A stretch of DNA of 64,000 nt. It comes from Halarcobacter sp. GTDB taxonomy: Bacteria > Campylobacterota > Campylobacteria > Campylobacterales > Arcobacteraceae. The DNA lies in assembly GCA_963676565.1 (NCBI GenBank), contig OY781089.1, positions 2,272,001-2,336,000 of the forward strand, given 5' to 3'. A program made the translations under genes and the position numbers. Positions 19,594-29,786 of the stretch are shown here, one piece after another. The notes below the pieces were generated by a model. It saw only the letters and a list, made by a program, of their open reading frames with translations. It did not search any database and was not told the origin of the DNA. Within the stretch, counting starts at the first letter, position 1. Each line of letters opens with the position of its first letter.

Positions 19594-21030
19594 TTAAATC
19601 AAGGCTTGCAGGGTTTTATACTCATTTAAAGCAAAATCATCGGTCATTCCTGAAATATAATCAAATATTAATCTAGCTCTGTAATACCACTCTTCAAGTT
19701 TGTATTTAACCATATCATCTTTTGAAAGTTTTTCAATACTATCTTTATAGGCAACTATATGTTTTGAAGACAACCTTCTAATCAATCTTTGTGAGATAAA
19801 ACAAGATATTCTTTCTCCATGAACAAGTTTTTCAAACTCTTGGGCTTCAAGTTCTAAAAGTGGTTTATAATTTTCACACAAAGTACTTAATATTTTTTGT
19901 CCCTTTAGCTCTAAAGTTTGGATATCTTTATTATTATAAATATGTTCTATTGAAATATTTTGTAATACTTTTACAGCTTTAGTATATTTACTGTTTTTAT
20001 CATATTCTAAAAGCGCTGCATCAAATCTTCCATTGAAAATATCATGATGGTTATCAACAAAAACTTGCGAGACGTGCTCAACTAAAGCATGAGTTAATTT
20101 AGCTCTTGTAAGAGTTAAAAATAGATTAAACTGATATGGTTCGCTCTCATTTTGTTTTGCTTTTTGATAATAATCCTCTACAAGTTCTAAAAGATAAGTT
20201 TCATTCATCTTTTCACACTCTTGTTTTATAAGTGAATACACCTTTTCAAAACTTAAAATCTTTTTATCAACTGCATCTTCCATATCTGCATTTAAATAAC
20301 TAATATCATCGGCTGCTTCCATTATATAAGTGATTGGAAATCTACATCCATCTTCAATATCTAAAGATTCTTTAATTTTTGAGACAATATCCCTTTCTGA
20401 ATAATAATACCCTGGTTTTTTTCTCATATAAGAATATTTTTCATTTTTTAAAGGTTTAGGTTCAAAGGCTCCCCTTGTATATTTAAGCATAGAAACAATT
20501 TGTGAATATGAAAGATTAAGTCTTTGAAGTTTTGTAATTATTCTAATCCCTTGAGCATTTCCATCAAAATTACAAAGGTCATTAATCAAAAGATTTTTTA
20601 ATTCTATGTTTTTTTCATCAACCTCAATTAGATTATCGAATATTTTTATACCCTTATTTTTCATCCAAGAGTTCAAGGCAACTTCTGCAAAATGTCCAAA
20701 GGGTGGATTTCCTATATCATGGATTAAACTTGTCATTTCAGAAGTTGAAATAAAAGCATCTCTTACTTCATCTAAATAAAACTTTCCTTCACATTTTTTT
20801 AAAATTGTTTTTGCAATAAATCTTGCTGTTTGAGATACTTCTAAAGAGTGAGTCAATCTACTTCTAACAGCTGCATTTAACTCTAAAGGAAATACTTGAG
20901 TTTTCTTTTGTAAACGTCTTAAAGATGGAGCAGAAAGAATTCTTCCCCTATCACTTTCAACTGAGATATCTAAATCTTTGATTGGATAAAATTCTCTATT
21001 TGTAGTTAGTTTTTTTCTATAGTCATACAT
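19594..21030 (-). CDS. dgt: deoxyguanosinetriphosphate triphosphohydrolase
   Basis: RRLQKKTQVF, RSRLTHSLEV, HDIGNPPFGH, EAADDISY, DYISGMTD. Confidence 0.92.
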   Translation of the reverse strand: MYDYRKKLTTNREFYPIKDLDISVESDRGRILSAPSLRRLQKKTQVFPLELNAAVRSRLTHSLEVSQTARFIAKTILKKCEGKFYLDEVRDAFISTSEMTSLIHDIGNPPFGHFAEVALNSWMKNKGIKIFDNLIEVDEKNIELKNLLINDLCNFDGNAQGIRIITKLQRLNLSYSQIVSMLKYTRGAFEPKPLKNEKYSYMRKKPGYYYSERDIVSKIKESLDIEDGCRFPITYIMEAADDISYLNADMEDAVDKKILSFEKVYSLIKQECEKMNETYLLELVEDYYQKAKQNESEPYQFNLFLTLTRAKLTHALVEHVSQVFVDNHHDIFNGRFDAALLEYDKNSKYTKAVKVLQNISIEHIYNNKDIQTLELKGQKILSTLCENYKPLLELEAQEFEKLVHGERISCFISQRLIRRLSSKHIVAYKDSIEKLSKDDMVKYKLEEWYYRARLIFDYISGMTDDFALNEYKTLQALI

Positions 21031-21101
21031 TTTTATTCTTTTATAAAATTTTTTTGTTATTGTATTGAAAGTAAAATAAAATACAAAATTAAAGGCTTGA
21101 A

Positions 21102-21272
21102 ATGTTTGATAAAATCAAAAATATTTTCAAAAAAGAAAAAACCTATGAGTGTATAGTCTTTGATGGCAAAAAAATGAGTTATCCTAATTTGACAAAAAAG
21201 CAAATTGAAGAGATTGAAAACGACCCTAAATATGAAGCTTGGAGTGTAACTCTAAAAAGAGAAGAGAATTAA
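21102..21272 (+). CDS. small hypothetical protein (56 aa, below the ORF-track cutoff)
   Basis: Manual translation MFDKIKNIFKKEKTYECIVFDGKKMSYPNLTKKQIEEIENDPKYEAWSVTLKREEN; AAAGG RBS; GAAGAG/CTCTTC hairpin at the stop. Confidence 0.6.
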   Translation: MFDKIKNIFKKEKTYECIVFDGKKMSYPNLTKKQIEEIENDPKYEAWSVTLKREEN

Positions 21273-21284
21273 CTCTTCCCTTAT

Positions 21285-21668
21285 TTACCAATTTTTCCCT
21301 TTTCCAGGTCCCATACCTTTGCCCATTCCTTGTCCATTCATCATATTGTTTTTTTGATTTACTCTATTTTGAAATCTAGCTTGTTGATGAATTTGAAGTT
21401 CATTTTTTGAAATAATGCCATCACCATTTGTATCAACATCAGAAAAAGAAGGTGAATTCTTAGCATTCATCATAAGTCTACCTTGTTCTGCTTTTTGAGT
21501 CATTCTTTTTTCTTTTACTGAATCAAATTCAGCAGGACTAATTTGACCATCTTTATTTGTATCATAAGCTGAAAAAGCTACAGGACCAAAACTTGGTAAA
21601 GTTTCAGCAAACATAAATGTTGCACCAAATACCAACAAACCACTTAGAATAATTTTTGAAGTTTTCAT
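21285..21668 (-). CDS. secreted EF-hand protein with a Gly/Met-rich tail
   Basis: Signal peptide; DTNKDGQISPAEF and DTNGDGIISKNEL loops; AAGGAGG RBS. Confidence 0.85.
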   Translation of the reverse strand: MKTSKIILSGLLVFGATFMFAETLPSFGPVAFSAYDTNKDGQISPAEFDSVKEKRMTQKAEQGRLMMNAKNSPSFSDVDTNGDGIISKNELQIHQQARFQNRVNQKNNMMNGQGMGKGMGPGKGKNW

Positions 21669-21714
21669 AACATCCTCCTTGTAGTAGTTACATATAAGAG
21701 CTTCCTTTAATATA

Positions 21715-21746
21715 ATTATATAATTAATTTTTTAACCCAGTATTAA
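21715..21746 (-). promoter_or_regulatory. TTAAT-N6-TTAAA-N10-TATAAT promoter of the EF-hand gene
   Basis: Same spacing as the other sites in the cluster. Confidence 0.5.
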
Positions 21747-21764
21747 TATAAACTTGTTAAAAAC

Positions 21765-22499
21765 TTAAATTAACCTGTATTCAATAGGAACTCTAATTGT
21801 TATTGTTTTTTGAACTTTAGGGAAATTTGCTGAGGCACTATATATTGCTTCTATTGTGGACTTTTGTAGTAGTTTGTGTCCCTTGAGTGTTTTAACTCTT
21901 TTTATTTCACCAGATTTCGTTAAACAAAACTCCACCAAAACTTTACCCTCAATTTTAAGTTTTCTAGCTCTTTTTGAGTACATTATATTTTTTTGTATCT
22001 CTTTTTTTATCATATGCAAATGATTTGTTAAAAAATCTTCTTCATAATTAACTACTTTTTTTATAGGAGTAGGATTAATTGGTTTTTTTATTTGTTTAGT
22101 TACTACTTTCTCAATAGGGGTATTTTTAGGCTTATTTATTTTTTTAGGTATATTCTTTACAATCTCTTTTTTTGTTTTTTTAACAATTTTTTTCTTTTCT
22201 ACTTTTTTTACTATTTTCTCTTTTACTTTTGCCTTTACGATTTTTTTGGGTTCAATTTTCCTAGGCTTTGTTATAACTTTTTTAACTTTTTTTTCAACTA
22301 CTAGCTCTTTTGCTTTTGTCTGATTTTCTTGAACTTTTTTTTCAGGTATTGGTTTAACTATTTGAACATAGTTTAATCTAATTTTCTTTTCATCTTTTTT
22401 TTCAGACTGAAATTTTTCAAAAGGATTTGCAAATAAAAAAAGTGTGGCTATACTTACATAAATCAAAACTGTAAGAAAAAAAGAGTTTAAATATCTCAT
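21765..22499 (-). CDS. tonB: energy transducer TonB
   Basis: N-terminal TM helix, Lys/Pro-rich linker, Y...AR..KIEGKV.VEF C-terminal domain. Confidence 0.88.
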   Translation of the reverse strand: MRYLNSFFLTVLIYVSIATLFLFANPFEKFQSEKKDEKKIRLNYVQIVKPIPEKKVQENQTKAKELVVEKKVKKVITKPRKIEPKKIVKAKVKEKIVKKVEKKKIVKKTKKEIVKNIPKKINKPKNTPIEKVVTKQIKKPINPTPIKKVVNYEEDFLTNHLHMIKKEIQKNIMYSKRARKLKIEGKVLVEFCLTKSGEIKRVKTLKGHKLLQKSTIEAIYSASANFPKVQKTITIRVPIEYRLI

Positions 22500-22879
22500 T
22501 GTTGTTTCACCGTAACTATTGATATATTTTCAAAACTATTTGATTTTAAAGCATCTAAAATAGATACAAAAACTTCGAATTTAGCATCTTTATCACTATT
22601 TATTAAAATTGGTCTATCTTTTTCTTCCTGTGAAATCTTACTTAATAATTCTTCAACTATTAACTCTTCTTTATCAAGATAAATTTGTCCAGAATCTTTT
22701 ATATAAATACTTAACTCTTTTTTTATTTTTTGATTATCAGCTGAAGTTGCTTTTGGAAGAGATACAGGTATAACACCTTTAGCAATAAAAGTGGATGTCA
22801 TTAAAACTATTGCTAAAAGTACTAAAAGAACATCAATAAAAGGTATTACATTTATTGAATCATATTTCTTGATTTTCAT
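22496..22879 (-). CDS. exbD: ExbD
   Basis: INVIPFIDVLLVLL, LP.A, SDKDAKF. Confidence 0.9.
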   Translation of the reverse strand: MKIKKYDSINVIPFIDVLLVLLAIVLMTSTFIAKGVIPVSLPKATSADNQKIKKELSIYIKDSGQIYLDKEELIVEELLSKISQEEKDRPILINSDKDAKFEVFVSILDALKSNSFENISIVTVKQQ

Positions 22880-23285
22880 ATCTGCTTTCCAAAACTTCTG
22901 CGTATCGACTTAAGATATTATAAAAAACCATTGATACAATTGCCACAACTAAACCAACTGCAGTGGCCTTAAGTGCTAGGGCTAATGAACTCATAATTTT
23001 AGTTGCAACAATATCCCCTTCACTCATAGTCATAAAAGTTAACATAATAGCTAATACAGTACCAAGAAGTCCTATATAAGGTGAGTTAGAAGCGATAGTT
23101 CCAATAAAAGTTAAATTTTTTGTAAGTGCTACATCTAGTTGTTTTTTATTTTTAAATTTGTTTACATCAAGTTTTCTATAAAAAAAGAGTCTTTCTATAA
23201 AAAACATTACAGCTATGAAACTCATAAATACAAGTAATGCAATTACACCATAGTCAACTAGGTGTTTTAATAGTTCAATATTCAT
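22860..23285 (-). CDS. exbB: ExbB
   Basis: IASNSPYIGLLGTV, ALKATAVGLVVAI. Confidence 0.9.
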   Translation of the reverse strand: MNIELLKHLVDYGVIALLVFMSFIAVMFFIERLFFYRKLDVNKFKNKKQLDVALTKNLTFIGTIASNSPYIGLLGTVLAIMLTFMTMSEGDIVATKIMSSLALALKATAVGLVVAIVSMVFYNILSRYAEVLESRYENQEI

Positions 23286-23309
23286 TTTCTTCTCCTGTAC
23301 AGCATTTTA

Positions 23310-23341
23310 ATTTTATGATAGATGTGTTAATTTTGAGTTAA
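23310..23341 (-). promoter_or_regulatory. TTAAC-N6-TTAAC-N10-TAAAAT promoter of exbBD-tonB
   Basis: GTTAA at 23326 and 23337 (plus strand); -10 at 23310-23315. Confidence 0.6.
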
Positions 23342-24142
23342 TTACTCTGAATAAAAGTAAGAATCTACTCCCATTATTGCAGCCCCATATGAAGTTGTAA
23401 TTTGAGGATATTTTGGAATAAAAATTCTTTTGCCTAATTCATTTTCTATTGCATTTACTAAACCTTCATTTAAAGCAGGTCCACCATCAAAATATACGCC
23501 CTCTTTTACACCAACTCTTTTTACTAATTTAACAATTCTTTTAGCAATAGAATAATGAACACCACATACAATATCTTCAACACTATGATTATTTCCAAGT
23601 AAGCCAATAATTTCACTTTCTGCAAAAACTGCACAAGTACTACTAACACTTAAAGGTGTGCCTTTGGCTTTGAAATGTATTTCCCCAAGTTTATCAACAT
23701 CAATTTCAAGCTTTAAGGCTACTACATCTAAAAACTTTCCTGTTCCAGCTGCACATCTATCATTCATAGCAAAATTTGTAACATTTCCATCATTATCCAA
23801 AGAGATTGCTTTACTATCTTGTCCACCAATATTTATAATAGTTTTTATCTCTCCATACTCTTTCCCTGCAGCCCTAGCACCTATTGCATTTGCTGTTATC
23901 TCACTAATATTCTCATCTGCTTCTTTATAAAGTTTTCTTCCATAACCAGTAGAAACAGTGTAAACGACATCTTCAGGTGATATTTCAAGCTCTTTTAGTA
24001 AAAGTTCTAAAGTTTCTTGAGCGTATTTATAAAACATACTTCCACTAGCACTAGTTTTTGAACCTATTAAATTTTTATTTTCATCAATTATAGAAATTTT
24101 TATTGATGTTGAACCTATGTCAATCCCTACAAAATATTTCAC
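23342..24142 (-). CDS. ASKHA-type ATP-dependent [4Fe-4S] activator (HgdC/BadF/DCCP-reductase family)
   Basis: GIDIGSTSIK, STGYGR, IGGQDSK, MNDRCAAGTGKF, SSTCAVFAESE. Confidence 0.92.
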   Translation of the reverse strand: MKYFVGIDIGSTSIKISIIDENKNLIGSKTSASGSMFYKYAQETLELLLKELEISPEDVVYTVSTGYGRKLYKEADENISEITANAIGARAAGKEYGEIKTIINIGGQDSKAISLDNDGNVTNFAMNDRCAAGTGKFLDVVALKLEIDVDKLGEIHFKAKGTPLSVSSTCAVFAESEIIGLLGNNHSVEDIVCGVHYSIAKRIVKLVKRVGVKEGVYFDGGPALNEGLVNAIENELGKRIFIPKYPQITTSYGAAIMGVDSYFYSE

Positions 24143-25416
24143 TTTTTTACCCTTTTTCTTGTTTTTAAAGACTCTATAAAGGCTTCAATTCTTGTTGTTA
24201 ATTGACCACCTTGACTTGGACTGTAATCACTTTCGATATATAAAATAGGAATACCTTCTTTTTCCATAGCTTCTAAAACACTTCTTTGTTCAGCTTCATA
24301 AACAGTACAACCAGCAAATGCTTGATAGACAACACCATCTGCACTATATGTTTTAACTAAGTCTATAATACGCCGTATTCTGTCATCATTTTTTGTAAAT
24401 ATTGGACATGTACAAGCTTTTAAATACTTATCAGCCATAGAATCAAGCATATCATTTACAAACCACTCATCAACGGCAACTCTATCATTAAACATTCTAT
24501 TTGAACTACAAGTCTCATCTGCAACAATTATCCCATCTGACTCTTCAATTACTATTGGAACTTTATAATTTGGAAAAATAGGAGGAGAACCTGTATAAAC
24601 TATTCTTGGACTAACTTTCCCATTAACAAAAAGGTTTTCATCTTCTCTTTGTTTACACTCTTTCAAAAGATTTTCAACGGCATTAATCCATGAATCAATT
24701 TTGTCAAAAAAGAAAGCATTTGTAACAAAAAACATATCATTTCCACTTATTACAATATTTTTCTTTTTTCTATATTCACAAAGTTTATGATAAAGAGATT
24801 GTGCATAACCAATCTTTGCAATACTTTGTTTTAAACTTTTTTTATTTAGTTTTTTACCAGTTCTTTTTGAAAGATCTATTGAAAATTCTCTGATACTTCT
24901 TCTAAAATACTCTCTACTTATTTCACTTTCTTTAATTCTTGGAAAATCAACATCTACAACTTCATACCCAAAACTTTCAATAGTAACCCCTGCTTTTGTT
25001 TTTTGATCACATGTTGTTGGAGAATATATTAAATGAGGTTTATCAGAAAAATTCCCAGAAGCAAAATGTCCTACTGTTGCACGAACTAAAGGGCATGACT
25101 TTTGTGGCATATAATCACTACCTATTTCATCATCACTATAAAAGCCATTACATAATCTAATAGGAACAGCATCTAAAGCATATATAATCTCACTTGGAAT
25201 TTGAATACACATAATACCTACTTTTAATTTTCCTTCATGAAGTGACTTTTGTTTACAAAATACATTTTCAAATAACCTATAAAAATAATCCATAGCTTTA
25301 ATAGGGTTTTTAAAATCATCTTTTAGAGTATTTATAATTTTGATTGCTTCCATTGCTTTGTGTCTATTTTGTTTTTCCAATGGAGATTCAATTTCATGTT
25401 TTAATTTACTTGTCAT
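24139..25416 (-). CDS. 2-hydroxyacyl-CoA dehydratase-family Fe-S protein, double-cubane cluster protein (DCCP)-like
   Basis: Single ~420-aa subunit with Cys in GIMC, RLC, KSCP, TTCD, DETC, CTCP, GCTVY; C-terminal IESDYS..GQLTTRIEAFIE. Confidence 0.8.
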   Translation of the reverse strand: MTSKLKHEIESPLEKQNRHKAMEAIKIINTLKDDFKNPIKAMDYFYRLFENVFCKQKSLHEGKLKVGIMCIQIPSEIIYALDAVPIRLCNGFYSDDEIGSDYMPQKSCPLVRATVGHFASGNFSDKPHLIYSPTTCDQKTKAGVTIESFGYEVVDVDFPRIKESEISREYFRRSIREFSIDLSKRTGKKLNKKSLKQSIAKIGYAQSLYHKLCEYRKKKNIVISGNDMFFVTNAFFFDKIDSWINAVENLLKECKQREDENLFVNGKVSPRIVYTGSPPIFPNYKVPIVIEESDGIIVADETCSSNRMFNDRVAVDEWFVNDMLDSMADKYLKACTCPIFTKNDDRIRRIIDLVKTYSADGVVYQAFAGCTVYEAEQRSVLEAMEKEGIPILYIESDYSPSQGGQLTTRIEAFIESLKTRKRVKK

Positions 25417-26392
25417 TACTTTCCTTTATATTAGCAATACCCATTCTTTTTTCAAAACCTTCTTTTGTAGACGTAAAAGCTTTTATATTTAAAATATCAA
25501 AGTGTAAAACATCATCTTCAGGACATGCAGCAACGCATTTTAGACATAAAATACAATCATCCCTTAATATATTTATATCTGTTACATTATCAGCTATATC
25601 TTTTATTTGCATATCACAAACAGTATAACAATCACCACATCTAGTACATTTACTACCATCTTTTCTAAACTGAACAATTGAGATTTTTGAAAAGATATAA
25701 TGTAAAGCACTCATAGGACAGAAGAAACAAAAAAATCTTTTTTTAATAAAACTTCCAACAAAAAATAATCCAGCAAAAAATATCCCTAATGATGTTAAAA
25801 GTATTGCTGTTTTACTTGAAAAGTCAATTACCCATTGGGAAAAATCACCACTAAACATAGGTGTAATTATTCTTGCTGGACATATTTTACAAAAAGCTGC
25901 AGACCATTCTGAACCCATTAATCCCACACCCATAAGTAAAGGAAAAACTAAAACTATAAACAAAAATACATATTTTATTTTTGATAGCTTTTCAAATTGA
26001 TTTTGTGAATAGCTTGAATATCTAATACCAATTGATTTTCTAAGTTTTGTCATCCAATCTTGTAGTGTTCCAAAGGGACAAACATACCCACACCAAGCCT
26101 TATTTAAAAAAATAAACCAAAATAAGAAAACAAGAATTCCACTAATTACTGCAATTGAAGCACCACCAAGCAATACTTGAGTTGGCATTGACAATTGGTG
26201 TTGTAAAGGTATTAAATAACAAGCTCCAGCAGTTGTATCATTATAAGGACATGTAAAAATAGGTAGTTTAGAACCAAAATCTATTGCAAAATAACCACCA
26301 TAAATAAATAATACAAAAGTTAATACTTGAATGATATTTCTAAATCTGATTAGATTTACATTATTAACTGTTTTTTTTAACCTACTCAACAT
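25406..26392 (-). CDS. NapH/MauN-like membrane 4Fe-4S protein
   Basis: WCGYVCPFG, FCKICP, FCFFCP, CTRCGDCYTVC, CILCLKCVAACP. Confidence 0.85.
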   Translation of the reverse strand: MLSRLKKTVNNVNLIRFRNIIQVLTFVLFIYGGYFAIDFGSKLPIFTCPYNDTTAGACYLIPLQHQLSMPTQVLLGGASIAVISGILVFLFWFIFLNKAWCGYVCPFGTLQDWMTKLRKSIGIRYSSYSQNQFEKLSKIKYVFLFIVLVFPLLMGVGLMGSEWSAAFCKICPARIITPMFSGDFSQWVIDFSSKTAILLTSLGIFFAGLFFVGSFIKKRFFCFFCPMSALHYIFSKISIVQFRKDGSKCTRCGDCYTVCDMQIKDIADNVTDINILRDDCILCLKCVAACPEDDVLHFDILNIKAFTSTKEGFEKRMGIANIKESNDK

Positions 26393-29105
26393 ATCTTGGC
26401 TCTTTAAAAGGATTTGTACGATTTTTTCTAAATCTGTATATTATAAATCCTGCTAATATCATTGTTAAAATTAAAATTGTCAAAGCAAATGCGTAAGATT
26501 CATAATCACTTTTATTTGGATAATAGTATGCTGGATAAGTTAATATGAATTTGTCATTTCCAATATCATGTTCTAAAGTAAGTAAAAATTCCTGTTTAAA
26601 TCTTTTATTATACTCCTCCCAATTTGGGAAATAATCTCTTATAAGAGTTATTTTTGCTATACCATTTTCATCAGTTTTAAAACTTTTTACCCATCCACTT
26701 TGAAGTTTTATTTTAAGTAATGCATTTTTTAATGGTTTATTGTCAAATATAGCTTTGAATCTTAGGGTATCCCCCATACTTATTCTATAAAAAAAGCTAT
26801 CTTCATTTGCATCTTTAATTCTTATCAAGTCAATTCTTGAAACATTTTGATTTAACTCTTTTTTTATATCTTCACTATAGACATCTTCAGTTCCATGCTT
26901 TCCCACTAAAAACTCTAGTTTAGCTACTTTATAATAGTTATTGTCATTTAGTTTTGTTTTCTCTATTGCAAAAAGGTTATAATAACCATTGCCTGGAACT
27001 TCAAATTTGTAAAGGGTTTTGCCCCTTGATTTCTCTTCAATAATATCTTTTTCAGTTTGATTTTTATCAAACACATAAAAGCTAATATTTTTTGTAGGAT
27101 AAAGAGCTTTTTTACCTCTGTTTTCATAGGCTAGATATAGTTTTTTTGTTGGGATAACTTTTTTTGCTGATGGCTTACCTCCACCACCATGCATATGTCC
27201 ACCATACGATTTCTTTTTTGCAGTTGGATCTGTTAGAGACAAGTAAAACTCTTGTTTTGGATTTATAGAAGCTTTTTTACCCCAAGATTTTTTTGGTTTA
27301 AAATCTTCCATAGCTATTTGCATAGCTTTTTGGAAATCAACAACTTTACCACCATATTTTTTACTAAAAACGAAGGCATCTTTTTTGTTTGCAAAGGCAT
27401 ATTTACTAACCCTTGACATAGTACCTTTTTGTCTACTTCCAACTACATAAAAAGCACTTTTTGCATCAATAAACTTTAAAGTAGTTATATCAACTACTTT
27501 TATATCTTTTAAAGCTAGTTTTTTAATCTTTAAATCTTCAGTTAAACAATGAATAGAACAATATTGTCTTGGTTTACCATTAAGTGTAGCACTATGATTT
27601 GTTTTATAAAACATAGGCAAATTCATACCACAAACAACACCGCTAGTTTTATCTTTCCCTTCTTGAACCAAAGTTGCCTTTTTAAAAGGAACACTTTGAA
27701 ACATTTTCTTAGATGAAGAAGAACCATGTGAGTGCCCTCCTCTTTGTTTTGCACCATATTTTGAAAATATATATCCAGTATAAATATTAAGTCCAATATA
27801 AAATAAAATTACAAATGAAGCAAAGAAAAATCCAAATAGCTTTCTTAATTTTGTACTATCAATAAGTTTTATTCTTTTGTAAAGAATAATAAAAGCCCAA
27901 ATTACACCAATCCATTTAAATAGTTTAAAATAATGTAACCAAGCATCACCTCTTTTAGCTAATGGTGCAACATCAAAACTCATTCCAAAAGCTTGAGCAA
28001 AACCTTCAACAATTTTTGTATAATCTTTGATAAAAAACATCTCTAAAGTATGTCCTAAAGATGCAAAGATAAAAAGTGGAATAAAAGCAACACCAAGACT
28101 TGTAAAAATTGAATTAAATTCTTTTTTCAAAACCTTTGAAGCTAAATAAAGCCCTAAAAAAGCTATAGAGACAGTAACTAACAATGCATAAATAAAAGCA
28201 AAGCCACCTGCATATTCAGAAAGATTAAAAAACTCTGCTGTTCTATTCCAAATAAATTCATCAGCAATATTACTTCTATTTAAACCATGGGCAAATCCCA
28301 TAGATACAGGGATAGAAGCAAGGATTAAAATATATGTCCAAATTTCTGCATTTAAAAGTTTTAGCTTAGAGCCTAACTGTTCGGCAGGTTTAGTAAACTT
28401 GAATTTTACAGCTTCACAAGAAGTCGCACAATCCATACATAAAGTACAATCATCTGTTTGATTTTTTTTAGCAAAAGTAAAAGGTTTTAGATTATACTCA
28501 CATGCACTTGCACACTCAAATGTTTTACAATCTTTACAATGGTCTGTATATGTCTCTAATTTGGTAAAAGATAGTTTGTCATATGCTCTTGTAAGTGTAC
28601 CAATTGGACAAATATATTTACAATAACTCATATCTTTATAAATATAATACACAATAAAAGAAAGTAGTGTTAGTACAGAAAACATCAAAGCTGTATTAAA
28701 AGGAGACTTCCAAAAGCCATCAAAAGTATAATAAACTCCCCACCAACCAATCACTAATATGAAAATACCGATATATCTATTTTGCATCCATTTTGGCATC
28801 TTCTTTTTTAAACCTAATTTTGTAATATATTTTCCCATAAAACCATGGGGACAAACGCAACAAAAAATTCTTCCAAAAGATGGTAAAGTAACAACCATAA
28901 ATAAAGCCCAAAAAAGACCCCAAAAAAGTGCACCAGTAAATATATTATCTCTGCCAGGATGAACAAATCCAAAATAAATAGCATAAAAAAATAGTGCTGT
29001 AACAGTTAATCTAAGAATTAATAAAAAACTCTTATTTTTAAATAAAAAACCTAATATTGGTTTACCATAAATATCATTTTTATCACGTTTGATAAAATCT
29101 ATCAT
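26382..29105 (-). CDS. fusion of membrane polyferredoxin, NosL-like domain, periplasmic beta domain and C-terminal TM helix
   Basis: CCVCPHG, CKYICPIG, CKDCKTFEC, CTLCMDCATSC; NosL-like VVCGM..YCSIHC..GTMS; His/Gly linkers GGHSHG and GGHMHGGGG; FKTDENG. Confidence 0.8.
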   Translation of the reverse strand: MIDFIKRDKNDIYGKPILGFLFKNKSFLLILRLTVTALFFYAIYFGFVHPGRDNIFTGALFWGLFWALFMVVTLPSFGRIFCCVCPHGFMGKYITKLGLKKKMPKWMQNRYIGIFILVIGWWGVYYTFDGFWKSPFNTALMFSVLTLLSFIVYYIYKDMSYCKYICPIGTLTRAYDKLSFTKLETYTDHCKDCKTFECASACEYNLKPFTFAKKNQTDDCTLCMDCATSCEAVKFKFTKPAEQLGSKLKLLNAEIWTYILILASIPVSMGFAHGLNRSNIADEFIWNRTAEFFNLSEYAGGFAFIYALLVTVSIAFLGLYLASKVLKKEFNSIFTSLGVAFIPLFIFASLGHTLEMFFIKDYTKIVEGFAQAFGMSFDVAPLAKRGDAWLHYFKLFKWIGVIWAFIILYKRIKLIDSTKLRKLFGFFFASFVILFYIGLNIYTGYIFSKYGAKQRGGHSHGSSSSKKMFQSVPFKKATLVQEGKDKTSGVVCGMNLPMFYKTNHSATLNGKPRQYCSIHCLTEDLKIKKLALKDIKVVDITTLKFIDAKSAFYVVGSRQKGTMSRVSKYAFANKKDAFVFSKKYGGKVVDFQKAMQIAMEDFKPKKSWGKKASINPKQEFYLSLTDPTAKKKSYGGHMHGGGGKPSAKKVIPTKKLYLAYENRGKKALYPTKNISFYVFDKNQTEKDIIEEKSRGKTLYKFEVPGNGYYNLFAIEKTKLNDNNYYKVAKLEFLVGKHGTEDVYSEDIKKELNQNVSRIDLIRIKDANEDSFFYRISMGDTLRFKAIFDNKPLKNALLKIKLQSGWVKSFKTDENGIAKITLIRDYFPNWEEYNKRFKQEFLLTLEHDIGNDKFILTYPAYYYPNKSDYESYAFALTILILTMILAGFIIYRFRKNRTNPFKEPRYVE

Positions 29106-29114
29106 CTATATACC

Positions 29115-29771
29115 TTATAATGAAATTTTTCCAGCAACAACCATTGAACCAACAAAAATTAGTAATAGTGAAGCAAAAATCTGAATATACTTTGTGTATA
29201 CCTTGAATTGTTCTATTAATCCTTGAAATATTCTTCCAACAATTAATGTATAAAAAATAAAAGGAACTAACACGGCACCTAAGCCAAATAAAAGACCATT
29301 TAGAAATGAAAATAAATATGTTGTAGTGTTTGCACTTATTGTAATCAAAGTTAAGACGGGAACACATGGATTTAAAGAGACTAATGCCCCTATTCCAAAA
29401 ATTCCGAAAGTTCCCTTTGGTTTTTTTGAAGTTGGTACTTTTGATTTGCATTTTGTTTCAACAATTAATGTTGTATAAAGCAATCCTAGTCCAATAAGAA
29501 CAGTAAAACTTCCTAGAATCAATTGAAAAATAGTATTATCATTAAGAATTGATTTTATAAATAATGAACTAGAAAAAGCAATTAAAGATATAAAGATATA
29601 AGTAACTACTCTTCCTAAACTAAATGGTAATACTACTTTTAAAGATGAAACACTTTTTGTAGAATTAGATATTAAAAGTGGAGCCAAAAAAGGCATACAT
29701 GAAAACATGCATGCAGTAGCTCCATATGATAATCCTATCAAAAAAAGTGAGAAAAAAGTTAAACTCTCCAC
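29115..29771 (-). CDS. DsbD_2/CcdA-like membrane protein
   Basis: ACMFSCMP, FSLGRVVTY, LNPCVP, LFGLG. Confidence 0.8.
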   Translation of the reverse strand: MESLTFFSLFLIGLSYGATACMFSCMPFLAPLLISNSTKSVSSLKVVLPFSLGRVVTYIFISLIAFSSSLFIKSILNDNTIFQLILGSFTVLIGLGLLYTTLIVETKCKSKVPTSKKPKGTFGIFGIGALVSLNPCVPVLTLITISANTTTYLFSFLNGLLFGLGAVLVPFIFYTLIVGRIFQGLIEQFKVYTKYIQIFASLLLIFVGSMVVAGKISL

Positions 29772-29786
29772 TATCTTTTTTCTTTA

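Noticed and set aside
19594..21030. dGTPase as an antiphage system
   Set aside because: Looks like an ordinary Dgt with no defence-island context; cannot be distinguished without a phylogeny
23342..25416. Amino-acid fermentation (Hgd/Fld/Had) or benzoyl-CoA reductase pathway
   Set aside because: Only one dehydratase-family subunit, and no CoA-transferase, dehydrogenase or ring-degradation genes nearby
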